Part shown: positions 32,266 to 46,258 of the stretch, in pieces | How positions within the stretch are numbered: position 1 is the stretch's first letter | Layout: each line of letters opens with the position of its first letter | Source: Candidatus Dormiibacterota bacterium | Lineage (GTDB): Bacteria; Chloroflexota; Dormibacteria; Aeolococcales; Aeolococcaceae | Length of the DNA stretch: 64,000 bases | Direction: 5' to 3' | Assembly: GCA_963757475.1 (NCBI GenBank) | Contig: CAVWRW010000014.1 | Span: forward strand, 131,631-195,630 | The notes under the pieces: model-generated | Database searches by the model: none | Told to the model about the DNA's origin: nothing | Seen by the model: the letters and a program-made list of their open reading frames with translations, nothing else | Translations under genes and position numbers: made by a program

Positions 32266-33432
32266 ATGCCGGCACTGGACGACGTGCGGGTCCTCGACCT
32301 CACCAGGTTGTTGCCGGGCCCGTTCTGCACGATGCTCCTGGCAGACTTCGGCGCGGACGTCATCAAGGTCGAAGACACCACCGGCGGCGACTACATGCGC
32401 TGGATGCCGCCGCTCGTCGGCGAATACTCGGCGATGTTCCATCCCATCAACCGCAACAAGCGGTCGCTCGCAGTCGATCTCAAGAACCCCTTGGGGCACG
32501 AGGCGTTTCTCCGCCTGGTGGAGCGTGCCGATGTCATCGTGGAAAGCTTTCGTCCCGGCGTCATCGACCGGCTCGGGATCGGCTTCGACGCGCTCCAGGA
32601 GCGCAATCCACGGATCGTGCTCTGCAGCATCAGCGGTTACGGACAGGACGGACCATATCGCGACCATGCCGGTCACGACCTCAACTACGCGGCAGTCGCC
32701 GGCGTGTTGCTCCTCGGTGGCGCGGTCGATGCCGCACCGGCGATGCCCGGGCTGCAGGTGGGGGATCTCGGCGGCGGCGCGCTCCACGCGGCGCTCGCGA
32801 TCATGGTTGCGCTGCATCATGCGGCGCGCACCGGCGAGGGTCAGCACTGCGACATCTCAATGGTCGACGGCTTGATCAGCTGGGCGAGCGTGCACGCATC
32901 CCAATTCTTCGCAACGGGTATTGCTCCGGAGCCGGGAAACGGGATGCTCACCGGTCGTTATCCCTGCTACCGGATATACGCGTGCGCGGACGGGTTCCTC
33001 GCGGTCGGCACCCTCGAGCCGAAGTTCTGGCGTGCGTTCGTGGCAGCGATCGGCGTTCCCGAAGTTACCGAAAACGGCTTCGCAGAAGGGGTAGTCGGCG
33101 AGCGCACGATTGCCACGGTCCAGGCAGTGCTCCTCAGCAAGACCCGAGCGCAGTGGAGCGAGGCGCTCGATGGACTCGATGTCTGCGTCGAGCCGGTGCT
33201 CGCGCTGGCCGAGACGTTCGAGCACCCGCAGGTGCGGAGTCGCGAGATGCGCCTCGATGCGGGCGAGGGGAGACCCACCGCGCAGACCGGATTTCCGATC
33301 CGCCTCCTCGGTTCACCGGCGACCTTCCGTCGTGGCGCGCCTGGGTATGGCGAGCACACGGACGAGGTCCTGGCCGGCGCGGGATACGACGCGGGCACCA
33401 TCGCGTCGATGCGCACCGCGGGAGTCGATCCG
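32266..33432 (+). CDS. family III CoA-transferase (CaiB/BaiF-like); no in-frame stop before the next gene
   Basis: VRVLDLTRLLPGPFCTMLLADFGADVIKVE and ISGYGQDGPYRDHAGHDLNY. The ORF reads through into the TetR gene. Confidence 0.85.
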
Positions 33433-34086
33433 ATGAGTCAATCCGCCCAGGCGCGGAGCACGCCGCGGACAAGTCGCAGCGCGCAGACCCGCGAGCGGAT
33501 CATCGCGGCTGCCACCGAGGTCTTCGCGCGATCGGGATTCCACGGGGCCAAGGTGGCCGACATCGCCGAGCGCGCCGGTATCGCGTATGGCCTTGTGTAT
33601 CACTACTTTCACAACAAGGACGACATCCTCGCGGCGATCTTCACCGAGCGCTGGGCGGAGTACGTCAGCTACCTCCATGAGGTGCGGGACATGGAGCTCG
33701 GCTTCCGCGAGCAGATGCGCAGGCTCGTGCATTTCTGGGTCGAGGTGTACCGCCGCGAGCCGGACCTCATGACCGTGATGATCAACGAGGTCACGCGCTC
33801 ATACGAGTTCCTCGAGTCGCACGACATCGGTACGGTGATGGTTGCCTTCGACACCATCGAGGAGATGATCCGCAAGGCGCGCGAACGCGGCGAGATCTCA
33901 CACGACATCGATCCGCAGGTGGCGAGCTACGTCGTCTTCGGCGCCGCGGAGATGGTGCTTACCGGCTACGTGATGGGGACGTTGCGCCGCAGCGATCCGG
34001 CGGCGTTCGCGCACGACGAGGGGCAGTTGCTCGAGGTCCTGCTCAATGGTCTCGCGCCAAGCACCGCACCTACGCCGTCGGACTGA
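33433..34086 (+). CDS. TetR/AcrR family transcriptional regulator
   Basis: RERIIAAATEVFARSGFHGAKVADIAERAGIAYGLVYHYF is the N-terminal HTH. Confidence 0.85.
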   Translation: MSQSAQARSTPRTSRSAQTRERIIAAATEVFARSGFHGAKVADIAERAGIAYGLVYHYFHNKDDILAAIFTERWAEYVSYLHEVRDMELGFREQMRRLVHFWVEVYRREPDLMTVMINEVTRSYEFLESHDIGTVMVAFDTIEEMIRKARERGEISHDIDPQVASYVVFGAAEMVLTGYVMGTLRRSDPAAFAHDEGQLLEVLLNGLAPSTAPTPSD

Positions 34087-34672
34087 CGACGGCGGCCCAC
34101 CAGGCGTCCACCTGGCGCTCGGTCGCATCGAGGTCGCCGCTGTTGTCGATGACCCACGTGGCACGACGCCGTTTCTCCTCGATCGGCAATTGCGCGTCAA
34201 GACGTTGCCGCGCAGCCGCCTCGTCGAGCCCGTTGCGCTGCTGAAGGCGATGGATCTGTACTTCCGGCGGCGCATAGACGACGAGCACACCGGGGAAGGT
34301 CAACTCGCGGTCGCCCTCGTAGAGGAGCGGGATGTCGACGGCCACGAGCGGGGTGTCGCTTGCCAGGCCGGCAGCAATGCGTTGCTGGCTCAACTCGATG
34401 ATGCGTGGATGCGTGATGCGCTCGAGGTCGTGCCGCGCCGTCGCGTCGGCAAAGACGATCTCACCGAGCTGGCGCCGGTCGAGCGTGCCGTCCGGAAGCA
34501 TGACGCCGGTCCCGAAACGCTGGACCACGCGCTCGAGCGTCGGCTCCCCCGGGAGCACTGCCTCGCGAGCGATCGCGTCAGAGTCGATCACCGTTGCGCC
34601 ACGGGCCGCGAGCATCGCGGCGACGCTGCTTTTGCCCGTTGCGATGCCCCCGGTGAGGCCGATGAGCCGCAT
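34070..34672 (-). CDS. coaE: dephospho-CoA kinase
   Basis: MRLIGLTGGIATGKSSV P-loop; 200 aa. Confidence 0.9.
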   Translation of the reverse strand: MRLIGLTGGIATGKSSVAAMLAARGATVIDSDAIAREAVLPGEPTLERVVQRFGTGVMLPDGTLDRRQLGEIVFADATARHDLERITHPRIIELSQQRIAAGLASDTPLVAVDIPLLYEGDRELTFPGVLVVYAPPEVQIHRLQQRNGLDEAAARQRLDAQLPIEEKRRRATWVIDNSGDLDATERQVDAWWAAVVSPTA

Positions 34673-34706
34673 CGGCTGAAAGTACTCCTGCAGCCCTGCG
34701 CTTCGG

Positions 34707-36308
34707 TCAGTCGCTGGGCTTCGGCGGACACGTGTTGGGCGTTGCCCAGCTCGCATCACCCCGCACGTAGAGGAGCGTTCCGTTGTCGTCGGCGACGAGC
34801 GTCCAGCCTGGGGCGTGGTCGAGCTCGGCGGTGAGCGGACCTCGGCCGTACAGCACGGCCGTCGTGTTGCCGGCGGTGAGCAACTGCAGCGCGGTTGGGC
34901 TTGTGGTCGCATCATCCGCGATGCGCAGGTAGTCGTCGAAGACACCGGTGCCAAGCGAGATCGATTCCCCGTACTCGTAGACCGACGCCTTCGGCCACAG
35001 CTGGTCGATGACGAACCCACCGGTCCCGTATGCCGTGAAGACCCGCTGCACTGTCGGGGACTGGGCGAGCACGGCCGTTGCACACGACGGGTAGGCATCG
35101 GCGACGGCCTTCGGTGTCGCGCTGTTGTAGACCCGCGCACCGACGACGCCGACCGCGACAACAGCGGCGGCGAGGAGCGCTACTCCCATCACGGACGCCT
35201 TCGGTTGGGCATGAACCACGGGTCGGCGCGGCGTGCGCCGGGCTTCGATCGATCGCCACCAATCGGCGGCCATCGCCATCCACGGCGGCACCATGACGGC
35301 CATGCACAGCGCCGTGTTGCGCACTGAGGTCAGCGCCAGCGCGGCGCCGACGCCCGCCAAGGCGAAGTCACGAAGCTCAAATCGACTTCGGCGCGATCGG
35401 CGCAGCAACGTCGCCACCATCAGGGCGAGAAAGGTGAGGAGCAGGGCGAGCAACACCCACTCCGCGGGGTCCGCGAAGTTCGGGGACTGCCACTCGATGA
35501 TGCCCTTCGCGCGCTCCGTCGCTCCGGTCGTCGCGGCGAAAACAAACAGCGATGGTCCATACGGATTGATGCAGGCGGCGAGCACGGAGGCGCCGACGGC
35601 GACCGCCAGGCCGATGATCCGCTGCCGCGGAGCGACTGTCCCGAGTGACCAGCGACGCTTGATCACCTCGGCGACCAGCACGATCACGAGAAAGCCGATG
35701 CCTGCGATGAAGCCCGCATGGAGGTTCGCCCAGAGCAGGAAGAGCGGGGGAAGCAACCAGTGGCGCCGTCCTCCGGAGCGCAGATAGGACTCGGCGATCC
35801 AGAGCGTCCAGCACACCAGAGCGAACGTGAAGACCTGCGGGCGGGTCCCGAGCACCGGCTCGGCGACGCGGGCGCCGAGCACGAGGCCGATGGCGAGGAC
35901 CACTGGGCCGGCGCCTCGGATCCGGCCCCGGAGCAGCGTCGCGAGCAGGCCGCTCCACGCGACGGCGCCCATCACGAACGTCACGAGGATGAGCCCGCCG
36001 ACCGAGCTCAGAGCGGCGAAGATCGTCTCCGACAACCACTCGTGCGCGACCAGCGGATTGCCGAACGCCGTATACGCGAACAGCTCGCCGGCCGGAATCT
36101 GGTGGTGGGCGATGATCCAGTCGCCGAGCTTGATGTGCCACCAGACATCGGGATCGCTCAACGCATCGAGCCCGACCGCGGCCACGAGGATCAGGACGGC
36201 GCCCAGAAGTGCCTGGCGCGGCTCCGACAGCCACGTCCTGATGCGGTGGCCGCGTTGGGCGGAATTCGGCGCAGCGACCGGTGGGTCGGCGCGGACAAGG
36301 GTTGCCAT
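34707..36308 (-). CDS. polytopic membrane protein (GT-C-like glycosyltransferase fold suspected)
   Basis: More than 10 hydrophobic helices are followed by a soluble C-terminal domain. Start at ATG 36308 preferred. Confidence 0.6.
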   Translation of the reverse strand: MATLVRADPPVAAPNSAQRGHRIRTWLSEPRQALLGAVLILVAAVGLDALSDPDVWWHIKLGDWIIAHHQIPAGELFAYTAFGNPLVAHEWLSETIFAALSSVGGLILVTFVMGAVAWSGLLATLLRGRIRGAGPVVLAIGLVLGARVAEPVLGTRPQVFTFALVCWTLWIAESYLRSGGRRHWLLPPLFLLWANLHAGFIAGIGFLVIVLVAEVIKRRWSLGTVAPRQRIIGLAVAVGASVLAACINPYGPSLFVFAATTGATERAKGIIEWQSPNFADPAEWVLLALLLTFLALMVATLLRRSRRSRFELRDFALAGVGAALALTSVRNTALCMAVMVPPWMAMAADWWRSIEARRTPRRPVVHAQPKASVMGVALLAAAVVAVGVVGARVYNSATPKAVADAYPSCATAVLAQSPTVQRVFTAYGTGGFVIDQLWPKASVYEYGESISLGTGVFDDYLRIADDATTSPTALQLLTAGNTTAVLYGRGPLTAELDHAPGWTLVADDNGTLLYVRGDASWATPNTCPPKPSD

Positions 36309-36481
36309 TCGACCGCAGGGTAGGTGCCTGCCGCGCTCTGCGACGGGCCGCTGCCGGCTGGCGACAGATTCGTATACTCCACGCGATGGCCACCGGGACC
36401 CGCGCTCCAAAGCGTCGTCAGCCAACTCGCGCGAGCTCCCGCCCCGCCCACGCAGCTCCGGTCGCCGTCAGCGGCCAGCAC

Positions 36482-36895
36482 ATGATCTCGTGGCGGCACT
36501 GCCTGCTCGGGTTGGTCGTCGGCGAGGTAACGCTCCTTGTCCTCAGCAACGCCGGGTTGATTGCCAGCAACGCTGCATTCGGCTCCGCGGGAACGATCGA
36601 CGGTGGGGTCGTCGGCGTCTCGACCCTGCTCGCCGTCATCTTCGGCGGCTACCTCGCCGCGCGCCTCGCCGGACGCGCCGGGATGTATCAGGGCATCGTG
36701 GTCGCTATCGGCTTCATCGCCGTCGGCGCCCTGTATGAATTCCTCCAGGAGTCATCGATCATCGCTGGGGCGCTGGCGGCCAATACCCACCACCTCATCG
36801 ATCTCGGCCCAATGGACATGGGCAGCGTCTTCAGCGGCGACCTGCTCGCACTGTTCGGCGGCACAGTCGGCGGACTGCTCTCCGGCAAACGCTGA
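36482..36895 (+). CDS. small Gly/Ala-rich integral membrane protein
   Basis: Four predicted TM helices. Alternative start at ATG 36386. Confidence 0.5.
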   Translation: MISWRHCLLGLVVGEVTLLVLSNAGLIASNAAFGSAGTIDGGVVGVSTLLAVIFGGYLAARLAGRAGMYQGIVVAIGFIAVGALYEFLQESSIIAGALAANTHHLIDLGPMDMGSVFSGDLLALFGGTVGGLLSGKR

Positions 36896-36938
36896 AGCCC
36901 GCCGGCGCACTCAGCAGCGCGCCAGCAGAACCTCGGTT

Positions 36939-37199
36939 CTAAACTCCGACCGCCCCTGCCTGCGCGGGCTGACCCGAGACGGCAGGAGCCTCGCGGTATG
37001 ACTGCCCGATTAGATCGACCCGGCCGAGCGACTGGGCGAACTCAAGGCACGCGGCGCGTGTAAACCGAAGGTGCTTCCCCGGCGTATGCCAGGCGCGCAA
37101 ATGCCCCTGAGCGACGGCGCGGCGCAGCGTCGAACGGGACACACCGCAGAGTGCCGCCGCTTCGCCAGTTGTGAGGATCTCTTCCTCGCGCTCTGCCAA
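36939..37199 (-). CDS. excisionase/MerR-type helix-turn-helix DNA-binding protein
   Basis: LTTGEAAALCGVSRSTLRRAVAQGHLRAWHTPGKHLRF motif. Confidence 0.65.
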   Translation of the reverse strand: MAEREEEILTTGEAAALCGVSRSTLRRAVAQGHLRAWHTPGKHLRFTRAACLEFAQSLGRVDLIGQSYREAPAVSGQPAQAGAVGV

Positions 37200-37389
37200 T
37201 TCCTCCTCCTCCAGACCGTCAACCAGTGGAGATCCAGACGTGAATCTCGTCAGGTGCAGTTATACAACGCTTTGGGGTACACGTGCGGATCATCCTGCTG
37301 GGTGATGCTGGGAGCGTATCTGGCGAACGTATACTCCAGACGAGGTCAAAGTCACTCACCAGCCCGGTAGAGACAGCGCGAGGATCACC

Positions 37390-38346
37390 ATGAATGTCGA
37401 CGTCCAGGCAATGGCACGGCGTCTGCAGGGGAGCCTCGGGACGGTAATCGTTGGGAAGGAAGCGGAGATCGAGCTCTGCATCGTCGGGCTCCTCTGTCGA
37501 GGCCACCTTCTCATCGAGGATGTCCCGGGAACCGGCAAAACGCTACTCGCCAAGGCACTTGCCCGCAGCAGTGGGTGCAGCTTCGAACGAGTGCAGTTCA
37601 CCCCGGACCTGCTCCCGGGCGACGTGACCGGGGTGAGCGTCTACAACCCCCAGCAGCAGACATTTGAATTCCGCCGCGGGCCGATCTTTGCCCAGGTCCT
37701 GCTTGCTGACGAGATCAACCGTGCGACGCCGAAGACGCAATCGGCGCTGCTCGAGGCGATGGAGGAGTGGCAGGTCACCGTCGACGGCACCAGCCATCCG
37801 CTCCCCGATCCGTTCATGGTGCTCGCCACGCAGAACCCGATCGAGCTGGGCGGCACGTTCCCACTTCCTGAGGCCCAGGTCGACCGCTTCCTCCTCAAGC
37901 TGAAGCTCGGCTACCTGCCCGCGAACGAGGAGGTGGCGATGCTCGACCGCTTCCAGTCCGGGAGCCCGCTCGGGACCCTCGAGGCGGTGACCGACGCGGT
38001 CGAGATCAAGGCCGCACAGGATGTGTGCCGCGGCATCTACTGCGACAACATGCTCAAGGAATACTGCGTTCGCATCGTCCGGCGCACTCGCGAGCACCGC
38101 GACGTCTCGCTGGGCTCGTCGCCGCGCGGCACGCTGGGACTGCTCCACGCCGGCCAGGCGCGGGCGGCACTCGCCGGCCGTGACTTCGTCCTCCCCGACG
38201 ACATCAAGGACATCGCCCCGAACGTGCTCGAGCACCGCGTGGTGCTGCGTCCGAACGCCGAGTTGCGCGGCCTCACCGCCGCCGCCGTGCTCGAGGAGAT
38301 CCTGGCAACCGAGTCAGTGCCGATGACGGGCCGGCGCCTGGCGTGA
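37390..38346 (+). CDS. MoxR family AAA+ ATPase
   Basis: EDVPGTGKT Walker A, LLADEINRA Walker B, ATQNPIE. Confidence 0.92.
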   Translation: MNVDVQAMARRLQGSLGTVIVGKEAEIELCIVGLLCRGHLLIEDVPGTGKTLLAKALARSSGCSFERVQFTPDLLPGDVTGVSVYNPQQQTFEFRRGPIFAQVLLADEINRATPKTQSALLEAMEEWQVTVDGTSHPLPDPFMVLATQNPIELGGTFPLPEAQVDRFLLKLKLGYLPANEEVAMLDRFQSGSPLGTLEAVTDAVEIKAAQDVCRGIYCDNMLKEYCVRIVRRTREHRDVSLGSSPRGTLGLLHAGQARAALAGRDFVLPDDIKDIAPNVLEHRVVLRPNAELRGLTAAAVLEEILATESVPMTGRRLA

Positions 38347-38377
38347 CCGCGACCGCGGTGCGCACGGTGGGCGCGTC

Positions 38378-39571
38378 GTGACTGCGCGGGTACCGCTGAT
38401 CGCGTGTGTCGCGGTCCTGGCGTTCTTCGCCGGGATCACCGGGATCCATCTTGCGTACACGCTTGCGTATGTCCTCATCCTGTTGCTCGCCGTCGCGTAC
38501 ATCTGGTCGCGACTGCTGGCGCGGAAATTGCGGGTCACCCGTGAGTCGCCGCAGGGCTCCTTCATGATGGGCGAGCCGTTTGAGGAGACCTTCACGGTCA
38601 AGAACACGAGCGGCCTCCGGCTCCCGTATTGCGAGGTGCGCGACGGCACGAAGCTCCCCGGCTATGCGCCCGGCCGCGCCTTCTCGCTCGCAGCCGGCGG
38701 CAGTGTCACGTGGACAGCCCGTGGTGCGTTCAACCTGCGCGGCATCCACCACTTCGGACCGCTCGAGGCGCGTCTCGGTGACCCGTTCGGGCTGTTCCCG
38801 AAACGCATCCGGGTGGCTCCCGAGAACGAGGTCATCGTCTATCCCGCGCTCCACGCCCTCCTGCAGGTGGTGCCGCAGTGGAGCGGCAACGGTGTCGCCG
38901 AGGCCCATCGCGGGCAGCCCGTCGACGTCCCGCCCGATGTGTCGACGATCCGCGACTACGCGCCGACCGACGGCCTGAGCAGGATCCACTGGGCGTCGAC
39001 GGCCCGCACCGGACGCCTCATCAGCCGAACGTTCGACACCGGCCAGAGCGCGGACCTGCTCGTCGTCCTCGACCTCCAGCGCGGGATCCACGCCGGCAGC
39101 GGCATCGAGTCGTCGGTCGAGTACGCGGTGTCGATCTGCGCGTCGGTCGTGCACGGAGCGATCCGCCGCGGCCAGGCGGTCGGCATGGTCACCAACGGCA
39201 AGGGTGGCACCGGTTTCGGCGCCGGCCGGGGTGAGGTGCAGCGGCTCCGCATCCTTGACTACCTGGCGCTCGCCACTGACGACGGCGTGCGCAGCCTCGC
39301 CGAGACGATCACCCGCCACGGCGAGGGCTGGCGAGGCCGCGGCGGCATGGTGGTCATCACCGCCAACCGGTCGAGCGAGTGGGTCGAGGCCCTCGTCGAC
39401 ACCGCGACCCGTGGCCAGCGCCACCTCTGCATCTTCATCGAGCCAACGTCGTTCGGCGCCAAGGGGCAGGCGCTCCGCATTCCCGCCGCCTGGCGGCTGG
39501 CGCTCGACTGGTGGGTCGTCCGCCGCGGCGACGTGCTCGGGACCGGCGAGAGCGCGTCGGCAACGGGCTGA
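38378..39571 (+). CDS. DUF58 domain protein
   Basis: Two N-terminal TM helices plus DVSTIRDYAPTDGLSRIHWASTARTGRLISRTF. Confidence 0.85.
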   Translation: MTARVPLIACVAVLAFFAGITGIHLAYTLAYVLILLLAVAYIWSRLLARKLRVTRESPQGSFMMGEPFEETFTVKNTSGLRLPYCEVRDGTKLPGYAPGRAFSLAAGGSVTWTARGAFNLRGIHHFGPLEARLGDPFGLFPKRIRVAPENEVIVYPALHALLQVVPQWSGNGVAEAHRGQPVDVPPDVSTIRDYAPTDGLSRIHWASTARTGRLISRTFDTGQSADLLVVLDLQRGIHAGSGIESSVEYAVSICASVVHGAIRRGQAVGMVTNGKGGTGFGAGRGEVQRLRILDYLALATDDGVRSLAETITRHGEGWRGRGGMVVITANRSSEWVEALVDTATRGQRHLCIFIEPTSFGAKGQALRIPAAWRLALDWWVVRRGDVLGTGESASATG

Positions 39572-39575
39572 TCCG

Positions 39576-41895
39576 ATGGAAGCCTGGGTCGACCGCAGCG
39601 TTCAGCTTCGCGAGCGCGCGCGCCCTAAGGCCGAGCCGGTCAAGAACTACACGTTCGAGATCGGGGCGGCGCTCTGCGTCGCGCTGATTGCCGCGACCGC
39701 CTGGGCAGTGCTCGCGGCGGGTTGGGTGAACGGCGGCGGTGGCGCGGCAGTGGTCGCGGTGACGTCGGTCGTCGAGGCTGCCCTGCTGGCGCAGGCGCGC
39801 GCTCCGCGCATCGCCGCGGCGATCGCGGCACCGTTCCTCGGCCTGGCCGCGATCATCCCCACAACGCTTGCGGCGATGCCACCGGTTGCGGGCCAGACCG
39901 TGGGGTCGATTGCCGGGCACTACCTCCGCGCGCTCTTCACGGGACTTTCGTCGTCGACCGACTGGGACTTCACCGTCGGCCTCTGCGCCATCCTCTTCCT
40001 TTGCGGATACTGGCTCGGCTGGGTGGCATTGCGAGAGCACCGCGGCGTGCTCGCCGTCATCCCGGTCTTCTCAGTTCTGGCCACCAATGTCGTCAACGCG
40101 AAGAATCCGGATCCGATCGCGTTCCCGGAGACGATCGCGGTCGTGCTTGCGCTCGCGGTCATCGCTGCGGCGTACCTCGGCGCGCTCGGCGATCGCTGGG
40201 CGGTCGCGCGGATCACCCCGATCGGCGGGATGCGTGTCCGGTTCGGCAGCAGTGCCGCGGCAGTGGCGGTCGGCCTGACCGTGGTGGCGTTGCTGGTTCC
40301 GCCGCTGACGGATACCGACATCTCGTCGCGGCTGTTCCCCAACGGGCTCGGCATCGGCGCGTCGGGGAAAGGCGGTGGTCAGCCCGGTCTGGGCGGCGTC
40401 GCGACGATTGGCTTCAACCCGTCTGTCGAGCTGGGCGGTCCGCTGGTGAGCAAGCCACGGCTCGAGATGACATACGCGACGGCCAACAACGTGCCGACGT
40501 ACATTCGCGTCGAGGACGACACCCAGTTCGTCGACGGTAGCTGGTTCCCGCAGACGGGCATCCTCGGTCCGACGTCGAACACATGGAACGACGTGCCGTT
40601 CCCGGGTGGCACGCTGCCGCGCGACACCGATCCAACGCACGGCGGGGTCGGCGCGGATCAGGAGCAGGTGCAGGCGACTGTCGTCATGCAGAAGGGCGCA
40701 ACCGGCCAGCAGCCGCTCGTGCCGTTCGTCGGCGATCCCGATGCGGTGAACCTTCCCGGTACGGCGTATGGCGCTGTCGCCGCGACGGCGCCGACGCACG
40801 CTGCTCTCCGTCGACGACGTGCAGCTCGACCAGGACATCGTCAACGGCACGACGGTGCAGTCGACCGCGCTCGTCTCCACGGCAACAGCGGCCCAGCTCG
40901 AGGCTGCCGGCACGAACTACCCATCGTGGACATCGCCCTATACGGAGACCAAGGACGATGGCAGCAAAAGCGTCGAGACCATCGCCAGGCTCGCGAAGGA
41001 GTGGACCGCCGGGACGACCAATCCCTACGACGAGGCGACGGCCATCCAGAACCGCCTCCGCAATCCAGCCTACTTCCAGTACACGCTGGACCCTCCGGCG
41101 GTGCCGAATCCGGCGATCTGGCCGGTCGTGTACTTCCTCACGGTCAGCCACCGCGGGTACTGCCAGTACTTCGCCTCGGCGATGGGCTCGATGCTCCGCA
41201 CGCTCGGTATCCCGACCCGGCTCGTCAGCGGCTACGGGCCGGGCACAACGCGGGCACAGAGCGGACGCCAGGGACAGCGCGAGCAGACGGTGTCGACGAG
41301 CGATGCACACAGCTGGGTCGAGGGGTACTTCCCCGGCTACGGATGGATCCCATTCGAGCCGACGCCGCCCTCCGCACAGGGCAACTACGAGCCACTGCCT
41401 CGTGGCACGCAGGCGGTGACCGGCGTGGTCCTCCCAACATCGACCCCGAGCGTCACCAAAGCGACCCCCACGCCGGTGCGCGGCTTCGGCGGCAATGACC
41501 CCGGCGTCACCAAAGCCAAGCCCACCCATCCCGGGATCCCCGGCTCGGTGATCGGCGCGCTCGCGGTTCTGGGTGGCGCCATCGTTCTGATCATTGCGGC
41601 GGTGCTCTGGTTCGCGCTCCCGAGGTCGCTCAAGGGGGCGTGGCGGCGTGTCGAGACCTTGGGGGTGATATCGGGGATGGACCGGCGACGAGCCGAGACG
41701 CACCGCGCGTACGCAGCACGGCTGGCGAAGGCGAGACCCCGCGCCAAGGACGCGTTGACCGAGCTTGCCGCCGTGACCGCGCGTGCCGAGTTCAGCGCCG
41801 AAGGAGCGTCGGGACGAGAGCGCACGGTCGCGCTCAAGACCTGGCGGCGCGCGCTGTTCGCGGCTAGGCCGCGGCTGGGGAAATCTCCAGGCTGA
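39576..41895 (+). CDS. transglutaminase-domain membrane protein, +1 frameshift near 40800
   Basis: Polytopic N-terminus. Core GYCQYFASAMGSMLRTLGIPTRLVSGY...DAHSWVEGYFPGYGWIPFEPT (Cys-His-Asp). The frame of ORF 39204 joins the frame of ORF 40768. Confidence 0.8.
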
Positions 41896-42601
41896 GCAGG
41901 TCATGGGCGACGAGCGCGCCCGGGAGTTCGAGCCGGGCCGCGAGGTGGCTCAGCAGGAACGTCGTCGCCGGGTTCTCGGTCATGAGCGCCGCCACTTCGT
42001 CGCGCCAGAGGTGCCCGCCCTCGGCAGGTCCTTCCCAGCCGGTGCACTCGCAGACGTAGAGCGTGCACCCCGCGATGGAGCGACGCAGGCCTGCGCAGAG
42101 CGCGCTGTCCCCGGAAAAGCCGATCGTCACGCCGGAGGCATCGCTCAGCTGATACGCGAGCGACGGGCCAATGCTGTGCGTTACCGCATGGGTGCGCACG
42201 CGGTACCCGGCGAGCTCGACGTCGCTGCCGTCCTGAAGCACGACGTATTCGAGGTCCACGTTGGCAGCGACGGTGCCGAGCATGTGCGTGCCGTATCCCG
42301 TGGCAAGCAGCCGTGTGACGTACTCGCGCGTCCCCACCGGGCCGGCGATGACCAGCCGTTCCGGTGATGGCGTGTCGGCGTATGCCCGGGCGCCGAGCAC
42401 CGTCGGCAGCATGAAGGTGTGGTCGGCGTGGAAGTGCGTGAGCAGGATGACCCTGAGTTCGTCGATGGACGCGGACGCTCGCCGGACTACCGCCGGGACA
42501 GGCGCCCCACAGTCGACAAGGACCCGTCCGTCAACGAGGTAGCCGGCGTTGCACCCGCAGTTGCTGAAGGCACTGCCGCTGCCGAGGACGGTGAGGCGCA
42601 T
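41864..42601 (-). CDS. MBL-fold metallo-hydrolase
   Basis: LLTHFHADH motif; 245 aa. Confidence 0.8.
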   Translation of the reverse strand: MRLTVLGSGSAFSNCGCNAGYLVDGRVLVDCGAPVPAVVRRASASIDELRVILLTHFHADHTFMLPTVLGARAYADTPSPERLVIAGPVGTREYVTRLLATGYGTHMLGTVAANVDLEYVVLQDGSDVELAGYRVRTHAVTHSIGPSLAYQLSDASGVTIGFSGDSALCAGLRRSIAGCTLYVCECTGWEGPAEGGHLWRDEVAALMTENPATTFLLSHLAARLELPGALVAHDLLSLEISPAAA

Positions 42602-42644
42602 GGCGCAAGGTTAGCCGCAGGTACGTGGTGGTATTAACAAATCC

Positions 42645-45284
<2,640 letters not shown>

Positions 45285-45289
45285 CCGGC

Positions 45290-46233
45290 TCAGGTCCGCG
45301 CGGGTGCGGTTCTTTCAGGAGCCGCCCTCTCCGGAGCGGCACGCGCGGCGAGCACTGAGCCGGCGAGAATCAGCACGAACCCGACGGCGATCCCGGCGGT
45401 GAGCCGCTCGTGGAGCAGCAGCACGCCGAGGGTCACCGCGACCGCGGGATTGACGTACGTGATGACCGTCGCGCGCACCGGGCCGACCTCGGCGATGAGC
45501 GCGAAGAAGATGAGAAACGCGATCGCCGTGCAGACCACGCCGAGTGCGATGGACGCCGCGATGACCTCGCCCGAGGGCCACGCATGCGGCAGTTGGACCA
45601 GTGCAGCCGGCGCATAGGCGACGGCGGCGAGGAGCAGCGATCCCGCGATGACGCCGAGGGCTGGGAGGTCGCTCAATTTCCGTTGATGATGTACGGCCCG
45701 GTCGCGTAACAGATCGCGACGATGAGCACCTCGCCGATGGCGCCGAAGGTGGAGGAGGACACGTCGAAACCGACGAGCACGCCGACACCCACAAGGCCGA
45801 TGCAGAGGCCGAGGATGCGCCGCCAACCGTGGTGCTCGCCGCTCCGGGTGAGCACGCCGATGACGACGCCGATGAGCGGCACGGTGGACACGAGCAACCC
45901 GGAGAGCGAGCTCGAGATGCGCAGCTCCGCGTCGGAGAGCAGGACCCACGGGACGCCCATCTCGATAATCGTGTAGGCCACGATCCACCCCCAGCGGCGC
46001 AGGATCGGGCGGACCTGCACGCGGGTCAGCGCGATCGGAACCAGCAGCACTGCGCCGAGCAGGAAGCGCACGAAGACCAGGTCGATCGGCCCGAGTCCCT
46101 TGAGCGTCACCTTGATGAGCAGGTACGGAATGCCCCATATCACGCACATGGCCACGAAAAGCACCAGCCCGCGTCTGCTCACGGGGAGATCTTCTACGCT
46201 GTGCGGCTCCCCATGACCGAGGCCACCGCCCAT
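45290..46233 (-). CDS. EamA/DMT family transporter, -1 frameshift near 45680
   Basis: Ten hydrophobic helices are split between ORF 45673-46395 and the 3' part of ORF 45290-46576. Confidence 0.7.
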
Positions 46234-46258
46234 CCGCACGCCGAGCCCGCTGCTGCTC

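Noticed and set aside
32266-34086. Apparent natural fusion of a family III CoA-transferase to a TetR regulator (single 621-aa ORF).
   Set aside because: The junction reads GTC GAT CCG ATG AGT. Removing one base just upstream puts the TGA of ATGA in frame, giving the usual stop/start overlap of two genes. The window is full of 1-nt insertions, so an artefactual read-through is more likely than a real fusion.
42602-42644. CIRCE or HAIR (HspR) operator upstream of clpB.
   Set aside because: No TTAGCACTC/GAGTGCTAA or CTTGAGT-N7-ACTCAAG-like sequence occurs in the 43-nt gap.
46150-46258. preQ1 riboswitch upstream of yhhQ.
   Set aside because: The upstream space is only about 25 nt outside the divergent EamA gene, and I see no preQ1-type hairpin or A-rich tail. 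A covariance-model scan would be needed to be sure.
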